In this document: positions 7,471-15,111 of the stretch, piece after piece
Numbering within the stretch: position 1 is the stretch's first letter
Layout of the letters: each line of letters opens with the position of its first letter
Source: Mycobacteriaceae bacterium
Lineage (GTDB): Bacteria > Actinomycetota > Actinomycetes > Mycobacteriales > Mycobacteriaceae
DNA length: 32,000 nt
Direction: 5' to 3'
Assembly (NCBI GenBank): GCA_019751635.1
Contig: JAIENC010000217.1
Location: 1 to 32,000 of the forward strand
The notes under the pieces: model-generated
What the model saw: the letters and a program-made list of their open reading frames with translations, nothing else
Database searches by the model: none
Told to the model about the DNA's origin: nothing
Made by a program: the position numbers and the translations under genes

Positions 7471-8253
7471 TTAGACGCCGGTTAGGCCATTGGCCATCAT
7501 CGAAACTCCGCTTGCGGCGAAGATCGTGACCAGGATAGACCGCCGGTGATTCTGGGCCCAGTTGTGCAGCAGTCGCATGACCGCCTCAGTTTTCCTCGGT
7601 GTGACCAGATAGCTGACCAGGATGATCTCGACTACCGCCAGAACTCCGAGAACGAACGCGATGGCAGCGCTCACCTGCTCAGCTATCGAAGCTCCCGAGG
7701 ACATGATCGCCGTGAGCGCAAATAAGGCCAGAAACGGTGGGGGCCCCGATCCGATACCGACCACCAAGGCCACCCATGGGGATCCTTTTTCCCACGCGCT
7801 GTGGGTACGGCCGAGTAGGCGAAGTGCTGCAGATCCTTCCTGCGTTGTGGCATCCCGGGCGCGGGCGAGGAGCCGGGCAAGTGGGCTCGGCCGGTTGGCG
7901 TCCAGCATCGCGGTGGGCGCTCGGCCTGCGGATGTTCGCTGACGTATCGCGAAACGGACAACCATCAACATGGCGATCGACAGCGCGACTGTACCCATGC
8001 CGATCTGGATGTGCTGGGTGGTTGTGTTTGATGCTGTGGTCGTCGAGTTCTGGTGGAATGAGGAAAATAATGAGGTGCAGTGCAGTAGCACCAGCGGAAT
8101 CAGCAATGCAGGAATGCTGACTATCATGCCGCCGATGTAGTAGCTGACCAGGTTTTGCCGGGCGCGTGGTCGAGAAATGATGAGCAGTGTGACGCCGAGG
8201 CGGACCGGGTCTAGCGCTGTCATAAGTGCCAGCGCCAGCACGGAACTCCACAT
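7471..8253 (-). CDS. Integral membrane protein, GAP/Sap-like (glycolipid-addressing protein, DUF2910-type) family
   Basis: I chose the ATG at 8253 (MWSSVLALALMTALDPVRLGVTLLIISRPRARQNL...). The protein has multiple TM helices, and its stop lies 18 nt upstream of the M15 peptidase start on the same strand. The family call comes from the N-terminal DPVRLG..SRPR..NL pattern as I remember it and is uncertain. Confidence 0.5.
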   Translation of the reverse strand: MWSSVLALALMTALDPVRLGVTLLIISRPRARQNLVSYYIGGMIVSIPALLIPLVLLHCTSLFSSFHQNSTTTASNTTTQHIQIGMGTVALSIAMLMVVRFAIRQRTSAGRAPTAMLDANRPSPLARLLARARDATTQEGSAALRLLGRTHSAWEKGSPWVALVVGIGSGPPPFLALFALTAIMSSGASIAEQVSAAIAFVLGVLAVVEIILVSYLVTPRKTEAVMRLLHNWAQNHRRSILVTIFAASGVSMMANGLTGV

Positions 8254-8345
8254 AGGCTGAAGGCTACCTTGCGGTGTAGGTAACGACGTGTTCTGCGCAG
8301 ACCAGCAATGTGTGAGCGGTTTTGCTAAAGCGCCGGCGCAAGCCG

Positions 8346-9029
8346 ATGTTCTCCGCTTGGGCGGGCGGTGCAGATGGCAAGTTAGGTTCGGCATACGGTG
8401 TTGTGGTGGCGGGCGACCCTCAACGGCACTTAGGTGCTGGATCCCACCCGCTCGAACCGACCACGCAAGGCGGTCCGGATTACGGTCGGTTCATCGAGGC
8501 AGTGCGGGACTTACAGAATCATGCGCGGGCCGCCGCCGCACCGGACGAGATAATCAGCCAAGCAGCTGGCCTCATCGAGGAAGCCTGTCACTTGTTGGCC
8601 CCGTTTGACACCGATGAATGGCGGTCTCCATCGGGTCGTCGGATGGACTTGCCGGTTCGGGGAAACCTCCTCACCATCCCGATGAAGGTGCACAAGACCG
8701 ACGACGGCCGAATCGAAGGCTGGGCACGATTCGCTCGTTTTCACCTGGGCCGAAACGGGGCGGTGCATGGTGGGGTGGTCGGGCAGCTATTCGATACGGT
8801 GCTCGGCCTTAGCGCTTCGGTATGCACAGGTGGTCCATACCAACGGACCGCGTACTTGCACCTGGACTACCGGCAGATAGTGCCTATCGACCAAGAACTG
8901 TGGATTGAGGCGGGAGTGGATCGGGTGGACGGCCGAAAAATCTTCGTATCCGGCAGGTTGAGTGACGCTGGCACCGTGCTTAGTGCGGGTTCGGCGCTGT
9001 TTGTCCTGCTCAAACCTGGCCAGCGGTGA
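8346..9029 (+). CDS. PaaI-type hotdog-fold thioesterase
   Basis: Carries the GAVHGGVVGQLFDTVLG motif typical of PaaI/4HBT-type thioesterases, in the C-terminal 140 aa. The start is uncertain: TTG 8322, ATG 8346 or GTG 8403/8406 are all in frame. Confidence 0.6.
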   Translation: MFSAWAGGADGKLGSAYGVVVAGDPQRHLGAGSHPLEPTTQGGPDYGRFIEAVRDLQNHARAAAAPDEIISQAAGLIEEACHLLAPFDTDEWRSPSGRRMDLPVRGNLLTIPMKVHKTDDGRIEGWARFARFHLGRNGAVHGGVVGQLFDTVLGLSASVCTGGPYQRTAYLHLDYRQIVPIDQELWIEAGVDRVDGRKIFVSGRLSDAGTVLSAGSALFVLLKPGQR

Positions 9030-9079
9030 TCCGTGCCGTTGCTGGGCACACCGATAGCATTAGTCACGACCCTGACCGC

Positions 9080-9101
9080 ATTCCCACACAATTCCCACAC
9101 A
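9080..9101. repeat. Perfect 11-bp tandem duplication ATTCCCACACA x2 in the thrS 5' region
   Basis: Read directly: ATTCCCACACA at 9080-9090 and again at 9091-9101, 25 nt upstream of the thrS ATG. Confidence 0.9.
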
Positions 9102-9126
9102 TACGTCAGTTTTGGAGAGCAACCCG

Positions 9127-11181
9127 ATGAGCGCCGTCGCAAACTCCGTACCCGCAACCTCGATCAGGGTGCCGGCTGGGACCACCGTGGGCGCCGTCGT
9201 GCGTGCAGCCGAGTTGCCGGGTCGTGGAGCGCCGAACGCGGTCGTGGTGGTCCGCGACACCGACGGCACGTTGCGGGACTTGAGCTGGGTACCCGACCAC
9301 GATGTCGAGGTTGTCCCAGTAGCGGCCGATACCGCAGAGGGCCGTAGCGTCATTCGGCATTCCGCCGCGCATGTGCTGGCTCAAGCCGTTCAGGAGCTCT
9401 TTCCCGGGGCCAAGTTAGGCATTGGGCCGCCGATCGCTGACGGCTTCTACTACGACTTTGACGTCGCCGACCCGTTCACCCCGGAAGACCTGCAGAAACT
9501 CGAGAAGCGGATGCGTCAGATCATCAAGGATGGTCAGCTGTTTGCTCGGCGGGTTTTTGAATCCGCCGAGCAAGCCCGCGCCGAACTGGCAGGCGAGCCC
9601 TACAAACTTGAACTCATCGACGACAAGTCTGGTGATGACGAAATCATGGAAGTGGGCGGTGCTGAACTTAGCGCCTACGACAATCTTCATCCACGTACCC
9701 GTGAGCGCATCTGGGGTGATCTGTGTCGGGGTCCGCACATTCCCACCACCCGCTACATTCCGGCGTTCACCCTCACCCGCAGTTCGGCGGCGTACTGGCG
9801 AGGCGATCACCGCAACGCCAGTCTGCAACGTATCTACGGCACGGCCTGGGAGTCGCAAGAGGCGCTGGATCGCCACTTGCAGCTGATCGAAGAAGCTCAG
9901 CGTCGTGACCATCGCAAGCTTGGTGTGGAGCTGGACCTGTTCAGTTTTCCCGACGAGATTGGTTCCGGTCTTCCGGTCTTCCACCCCAAAGGTGGCATTG
10001 TGCGTCGAGAACTTGAGGACTACTCGCGACGCAAGCACATCCAGGCTGGCTACGAGTTTGTCAATACCCCACACATCACCAAGGCGCAGCTGTTCCATAC
10101 CTCAGGTCACCTGGACTGGTATGCCGACGGCATGTTCCCTCCGCTACACATCGACGCGGAGTACAACGATGACGGTTCACTGCGTAAGCCGGGCCAGGAC
10201 TACTACCTGAAACCGATGAACTGCCCGATGCACTGCCTGATTTATCAGGCTCGTGGGCGTTCGTATCGTGAATTGCCGTTGCGGCTCTTCGAGTTCGGCA
10301 CCGTCTACCGTTATGAGAAATCTGGGGTGGTGCATGGTCTAACCCGGGTGCGTGGGTTAACCATGGATGATGCGCATATTTTCTGCACTCGTGAACAGAT
10401 GCGCGAAGAGCTCGCTGCATTGCTGCAGTTCATTCTCGGCTTGCTGAGCGACTACGGGCTCGCGGACTTTTATCTGGAGCTTTCCACTAAAGATCCGGAG
10501 AAGTTCGTTGGCTCTGATGAGATCTGGGAGGAGGCGACTGCGACGTTGTCCCAGGTAGCGCATGCCTCTGGGCTGGAACTGGTACCCGATCCGGGGGGCG
10601 CAGCGTTCTACGGCCCGAAGATTTCGGTGCAGGCCCGCGATGCGCTGGGCCGCACCTGGCAGATGTCGACTATCCAACTCGATTTCAACACTCCGCAACG
10701 TTTCGAGCTGGAATACACCGCCCCCGATGGGACGCGTCAGCGGCCGGTGATGATCCACCGTGCACTGTTTGGATCGATCGAACGGTTTTTTGGCATCCTG
10801 ACCGAGCACTATGCGGGTGCATTTCCGGCGTGGCTGGCACCGGTCCAAGTGATCGGTATCCCGGTCGCTGACGAACACGTGGCTTACTTGCAAGATATTG
10901 CCACGCAACTGAAGTCGCAGGGTATTCGGGCACAAGTCGATGCCAGCGATGACCGAATGGCCAAGAAGATCGTTGCCCATACCCAGCAGAAGGTGCCGTT
11001 CATGGTGCTGGCCGGAGACCGTGACGTGGCTGCTGGCGCGGTGAGTTTCCGGTTTGCTGACCGGACTCAGATCAACGGGATAGCCCGTGACGACGCGATC
11101 GCTGCCATCAGCAAGTGGGTCAGTGCTCGAGAAAACGCCGTTCCTACCGCCAATGTGGTGCAGGTGAGCGGTGGCGAGTAG
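9127..11181 (+). CDS. thrS: Threonyl-tRNA synthetase
   Basis: ATG at 9127 with GGAGAG at 9114-9119. The N-terminus MSAVANSV...[10 protein letters not shown] and the blocks [51 protein letters not shown] and QMSTIQLDF match class II ThrRS (Rv2614c-like). Confidence 0.97.
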   Translation: MSAVANSVPATSIRVPAGTTVGAVVRAAELPGRGAPNAVVVVRDTDGTLRDLSWVPDHDVEVVPVAADTAEGRSVIRHSAAHVLAQAVQELFPGAKLGIGPPIADGFYYDFDVADPFTPEDLQKLEKRMRQIIKDGQLFARRVFESAEQARAELAGEPYKLELIDDKSGDDEIMEVGGAELSAYDNLHPRTRERIWGDLCRGPHIPTTRYIPAFTLTRSSAAYWRGDHRNASLQRIYGTAWESQEALDRHLQLIEEAQRRDHRKLGVELDLFSFPDEIGSGLPVFHPKGGIVRRELEDYSRRKHIQAGYEFVNTPHITKAQLFHTSGHLDWYADGMFPPLHIDAEYNDDGSLRKPGQDYYLKPMNCPMHCLIYQARGRSYRELPLRLFEFGTVYRYEKSGVVHGLTRVRGLTMDDAHIFCTREQMREELAALLQFILGLLSDYGLADFYLELSTKDPEKFVGSDEIWEEATATLSQVAHASGLELVPDPGGAAFYGPKISVQARDALGRTWQMSTIQLDFNTPQRFELEYTAPDGTRQRPVMIHRALFGSIERFFGILTEHYAGAFPAWLAPVQVIGIPVADEHVAYLQDIATQLKSQGIRAQVDASDDRMAKKIVAHTQQKVPFMVLAGDRDVAAGAVSFRFADRTQINGIARDDAIAAISKWVSARENAVPTANVVQVSGGE

Positions 11182-11755
11182 TCAGGAAAAAGGAGAAGGC
11201 CGGGCTGTCGATGAGGCGACTCTTATTGATAGAGGCATCGGTCAACCCGACCACCTGCAACGGCTATGGACACCGCATCGGATGAATTATCTTGCCGAAG
11301 CTCCAGGCCGGCGAGACGATGCGACCCCGATACAGCCGTTCACCGATATTCCGAAATTATCCGATGAGGAGGGTCTAGTAGTTGCCCGCGGCGAGTTGGT
11401 TTATGCCGTGCTCAACCTCTACCCCTACAACCCTGGACACCTGATGGTTGTGCCCTACCGGCAGGTTTCTGAGCTGGAGGATCTTACTGATCCGGAGAGT
11501 GTCGAACTGATGGTGTTCATGCAGAAGGCGATCCGTGTCATCAAGGCGGTGTCGCGGCCACATGGTTTCAATGTTGGGCTGAACTTGGGAACCTCAGCGG
11601 GGGGATCGTTGGCTGAACACTTGCACGTGCATATCGTGCCCCGTTGGGGCGGTGATGCCAACTTCATCACCATCGTCGGCGGCAGCAAAGTGATCCCGCA
11701 GTTGCTGCGGGATACCCGTCGACTGTTGGCTGTCCAATGGGCGAAGCAACCATGA
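11171..11755 (+). CDS. HIT-family protein, Ap4A phosphorylase type (Rv2613c-like)
   Basis: GTG start overlaps the thrS 3' end by 11 nt. Histidine triad [29 protein letters not shown] block. Confidence 0.9.
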   Translation: MASSQEKGEGRAVDEATLIDRGIGQPDHLQRLWTPHRMNYLAEAPGRRDDATPIQPFTDIPKLSDEEGLVVARGELVYAVLNLYPYNPGHLMVVPYRQVSELEDLTDPESVELMVFMQKAIRVIKAVSRPHGFNVGLNLGTSAGGSLAEHLHVHIVPRWGGDANFITIVGGSKVIPQLLRDTRRLLAVQWAKQP

Positions 11756-12453
11756 GTAAAGCGCCGTTTTTGTCCCGGGCGGCGTTTGCCCGGATTACCA
11801 CTCCGATAGCACGCACCCTGCTGCGGGCCGGCTTCACCGCGGACGGTGTGACCATCTTTGGCACTGCCGCGGCCGTGTTGGCCGCACTCACGTTATTTCC
11901 CATCGGCAAGCTTTTTGCAGGAACGCTGGTGGTCTGGTTCTTTGTGCACTTCGACATGCTTGACGGGGCGATGGCCCGGCAAAGCGGTGGCGGGAGCCGC
12001 TTCGGCATTGTTTTGGATGCCACCTGCGACCGGATCAGTGATGGCGCGATCTTCTCCGGGCTGCTGTGGTGGGCGGTGTTTGGCCTACACAGTCAGTCGC
12101 TGGCGGTGGCGACGTTGATCTGCTTGGTGACCTCGCAGGTTATCTCCTACATCAAAGCTCGTGCGGAAGCCAGCGGTTTGCGTGGCGACGGCGGTCTGAT
12201 TGAGCGGCCGGAACGGTTGATCATGGTGTTAGCGGGTACCGGCCTGGCCGATCTGCCGGGCTTTCCGATGCCGTGGGCATTGCCGGTCGCGATGTGGACT
12301 CTGGCAGTGACCAGCGCCATCACCTGTGCGCAGCGATTACACACCGTACGCACCTCTGTCCAGGCGGTTGGTCCCGCGGAGCGCTCCGAAGTGACCGGTG
12401 AGCACGGTATCGGCCCGTCCCAATCTGGTGGTCGGGGAGAGCGTGAATCGTGA
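11752..12453 (+). CDS. pgsA1: Phosphatidylinositol phosphate synthase (CDP-alcohol phosphatidyltransferase)
   Basis: ATGA start/stop overlap with the HIT gene. CDP-alcohol motif DMLDGAMARQSGGGSRFGIVLDATCDRISD. Multiple TM helices. Confidence 0.92.
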   Translation: MSKAPFLSRAAFARITTPIARTLLRAGFTADGVTIFGTAAAVLAALTLFPIGKLFAGTLVVWFFVHFDMLDGAMARQSGGGSRFGIVLDATCDRISDGAIFSGLLWWAVFGLHSQSLAVATLICLVTSQVISYIKARAEASGLRGDGGLIERPERLIMVLAGTGLADLPGFPMPWALPVAMWTLAVTSAITCAQRLHTVRTSVQAVGPAERSEVTGEHGIGPSQSGGRGERES

Positions 12454-13415
12454 TTTTTGGCGCGGAACACTTGCGAAAAGCAGCCCGGGCCAGTCGCTTT
12501 CGGCCGGGCGGCCGGGTAGCTGAGTTCAGTTATGCGGCCGGTTGGGCGCTCGTGCGCGCGATGCCCGAATTCGCCGCTCGCAGCGCATTCGACACCGTGG
12601 CACGCTATGCGGCTCGCCACGGTGGTCCAGCGCAACTGCGCAAGAACCTGGCCCGGGTCTTGGGTGTGTCGCCGGCGGCGGTGTCGGATTCGCTCGTCCG
12701 AGCCTCGTTGGCCTCGTATGGCCGTTATTGGCGGGAGGCGTTCCGGTTACCGGCGATGGATCACTGGGCGTTAACCCGTCAGCTTGAGGCATCGGTGGGT
12801 GGCCAAGAACATCTCAACGCGGCGTTGGCTGCTGGTCGAGGTGTTGTGCTGGCGTTGCCGCATAGCGGCAACTGGGATATGGCCGGGGTATGGCTGGTGC
12901 AACGGCATGGCACCTTCACCACGGTGGCCGAACGGCTCAAACCAGAGTCGTTGTATCGACGTTTCATTGAGTACCGCGAAAGCCTGGGTTTTGAGGTGTT
13001 GCCGCTGTCCGGCGGGCACCGGCCCCCGTTCGAGTTGTTGGCCGAACGGTTGCGCGACAACAAGATCGTGTGTCTGATGGCTGAGCGCGATCTGACCCGT
13101 ACCGGCGTCCAGGTCAATTTCTTTGGTGAACCTACCCGCATGCCGGTCGGGCCCGCCAAGCTTGCGATCGAAACCGGGGCGGCGCTGCTGCCAGTGCATT
13201 GTTGGTTTGCCGATACCCCTCGCCAGCAAGGCTGGGGTTTTGCGGTGTACCCGGCACTGGATTGTGCCAGCGGTGATGTTGGCGCCATCACCCAGATGCT
13301 GGCCGATCGATTCGCCAGCAACATTGCCGCGCATCCGGCTGACTGGCACATGCTGCAGCCGCAGTGGCTTGCCGATTTACCCGATGACCGTCGGGCGCGA
13401 CTGGATGGATCCTGA
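12450..13415 (+). CDS. patA: Phosphatidylinositol-mannoside acyltransferase (LpxL/HtrB-like; Rv2611c type)
   Basis: GTGA overlap with the pgsA1 stop. HX4D acyltransferase motif LPHSGNWD. Position between pgsA1 and pimA. Confidence 0.88.
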   Translation: MIFGAEHLRKAARASRFRPGGRVAEFSYAAGWALVRAMPEFAARSAFDTVARYAARHGGPAQLRKNLARVLGVSPAAVSDSLVRASLASYGRYWREAFRLPAMDHWALTRQLEASVGGQEHLNAALAAGRGVVLALPHSGNWDMAGVWLVQRHGTFTTVAERLKPESLYRRFIEYRESLGFEVLPLSGGHRPPFELLAERLRDNKIVCLMAERDLTRTGVQVNFFGEPTRMPVGPAKLAIETGAALLPVHCWFADTPRQQGWGFAVYPALDCASGDVGAITQMLADRFASNIAAHPADWHMLQPQWLADLPDDRRARLDGS

Positions 13416-14539
13416 TGCGGATCGGGATGGTGTGCCCGTACTCCTTCGACGTGCCGGGCGGAGTGCAATCGCATGTGTTGCAGCTTGCCGAGGTGTTGCG
13501 TGCGGGTGGTCATGAGGTCAGCGTGTTAGCCCCGTCCTCCCCGCACACCTGCGTGCCGGACTACGTTGTTTCTGCCGGCAAGGCTGTGCCGATTCCCTAC
13601 AACGGCTCGGTAGCACGGTTGCAGTTCAGTCCGGCGGTGCACCGCCGGGTCCGACGTTGGCTTGTGCAGGGTGACTTTGATGTGCTGCATCTGCATGAGC
13701 CGAATGCGCCCAGCCTCTCGATGTGGGCCCTGCGGCTAGCGGCAGGGCCGATTGTGGCCACTTTTCATACCTCGACCACTAAATCGCTGACTCTGTCGGT
13801 TTTTCAGGGCATGCTGCGGCCGTGGCATGAGAAAATCATCGGCCGGATTGCGGTTTCGGATCTGGCCCGGCGTTGGCAGATGGAGGCGCTGGGATCGGAT
13901 GCGGTAGAGATTCCGAACGGTGTCGACGTGGCGTCGTTTGCTTCGGCGCAGCCGTTGGCCGGATATCCGCGGCCGGGCAAGACGGTGCTGTTTTTGGGCC
14001 GCTACGATGAACCCCGCAAGGGGATGGGCGTTTTACTCGATGCGTTGCCGGATATGGTGGCGCGCTGGCCAGATCTGCAGCTGCTTATCGTTGGCCCTGG
14101 CGATGAAAACCAGTTGCGCGGCAAAGCCGGGGATTTAGCCGATCACCTGCGGTTCCTCGGGCAGGTGGACGATGAGGTGAAGGCCTGCGCGCTGCGTAGC
14201 GCCGACGTCTACTGCGCACCAAACACCGGCAGCGAAAGTTTCGGCATCGTCTTGGTTGAAGCGATGGCTGCCGGTGTACCCGTCGTGGCCAGTGATCTAC
14301 ACGCGTTTAGACGAGTGCTCGGTGATGGGCAGGTCGGCTGCTTGGTTGGCGTTGAGGACAGCGCCGCGCTGGCGGGTGCCTTGGTTAAGGTGCTGGAGGA
14401 CCACGACTTACGGGAGCGCTATATCGTCGAGGGCGCTCGGGCGGTGCGCCGCTTCGACTGGTCGGTGGTTGCCGAGCAGGTTATTCGGGTGTATGAGACG
14501 GTCACCGCTTCCGGCGGCAAGGTCGCGGTGGCCAGTTGA
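13415..14539 (+). CDS. pimA: GDP-mannose-dependent phosphatidylinositol alpha-mannosyltransferase (GT4)
   Basis: The ATG shares 1 nt with the patA TGA. N-terminus MRIGMVCPYSFDVPGGVQSHVLQLAEVL. GT4 EX7E region ESFGIVLVEAMAAGVPVV. Confidence 0.95.
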   Translation: MRIGMVCPYSFDVPGGVQSHVLQLAEVLRAGGHEVSVLAPSSPHTCVPDYVVSAGKAVPIPYNGSVARLQFSPAVHRRVRRWLVQGDFDVLHLHEPNAPSLSMWALRLAAGPIVATFHTSTTKSLTLSVFQGMLRPWHEKIIGRIAVSDLARRWQMEALGSDAVEIPNGVDVASFASAQPLAGYPRPGKTVLFLGRYDEPRKGMGVLLDALPDMVARWPDLQLLIVGPGDENQLRGKAGDLADHLRFLGQVDDEVKACALRSADVYCAPNTGSESFGIVLVEAMAAGVPVVASDLHAFRRVLGDGQVGCLVGVEDSAALAGALVKVLEDHDLRERYIVEGARAVRRFDWSVVAEQVIRVYETVTASGGKVAVAS

Positions 14540-15111
14540 TACCCAGCGCAGTGGTGGCCATCACGGCCGCGGTCTTGGTTGCGGTTCTTGTGCTGCTGGT
14601 GTTTGGTTCCTGGGTCTATCAGACGGCAAACCGGCTCGATCGGTTGCACGTCCGCTATGACCTGTCGTGGCAGGCGCTAGATGCGGCATTAGCCCGCCGA
14701 GCAGTGGTAGCCCGGGCCGTTGCGGCGGCGATCGCTGACCATAACGTGGCGGCCACGGGGATAGCGCTTCCTAGCGTAGCAAGCACGCGGTTAACCGCGT
14801 TGGCTGACAGGGCGGAGCGTGCACCTCGGCATGAGCGGGAGAGGTGTGAAAACGAGTTGTCGGCTGCGCTAGCCCTGGTGGATCCCCACATCTTGCCCGC
14901 GGCACTTGTTGCCGAGTTGGCCGATGCCGAAGCGCGAGTATTGCTCGCCCGCCGCTTCCACAATGATGCGGTTCGCGACACGCTGGCTTTGGGTGAAAGG
15001 CCGACTGTACAGCTGCTACGGCTCGGCGGAACCGCTGCGCTGCCAACCTATTTCGAAATCGCCGAGCGGTCTCGTGGCTTGGCGCATGGCGACTGTCTTA
15101 GCGAAGAGTAA
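14536..15111 (+). CDS. LemA-like single-pass membrane protein, corresponding to the N-terminal half of Rv2609c; no Nudix domain
   Basis: The start overlaps the pimA stop (TTG 14536; GTG 14551/14554 are alternatives). It has one TM helix, then [31 protein letters not shown] (LemA-like). The ORF ends at 15111 inside the 3' end of the convergent PPE gene. Confidence 0.75.
   Translation: MIPSAVVAITAAVLVAVLVLLVFGSWVYQTANRLDRLHVRYDLSWQALDAALARRAVVARAVAAAIADHNVAATGIALPSVASTRLTALADRAERAPRHERERCENELSAALALVDPHILPAALVAELADAEARVLLARRFHNDAVRDTLALGERPTVQLLRLGGTAALPTYFEIAERSRGLAHGDCLSEE

Noticed and set aside
8309-8324. TGTGAGCGGTTTTGCT in the divergent GAP-like/thioesterase spacer, considered as a CRP (TGTGA-N6-TCACA) site given the nearby cAMP-binding protein.
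   Set aside because: Only the left half-site matches. The right half (TTGCT) shares one position with TCACA.
9034-9050. GTGCC-GTTGCTG-GGCAC after the thioesterase stop, considered as a terminator.
   Set aside because: The stem is only 5 bp, the loop is 7 nt and there is no U-tract, so the evidence is too weak to call.
12779-13513. Minus-strand ORFs of 244 aa and 192 aa (the latter at 12771-13349) antisense to patA.
   Set aside because: They lie opposite a gene with clear motifs and operon coupling, so they are high-GC artefacts. The same reasoning applies to 2992-3867, 2619-3158, 9415-10098, 10357-10980, 7679-8251, 6778-7362, 18240-18872 and 28024-28452.
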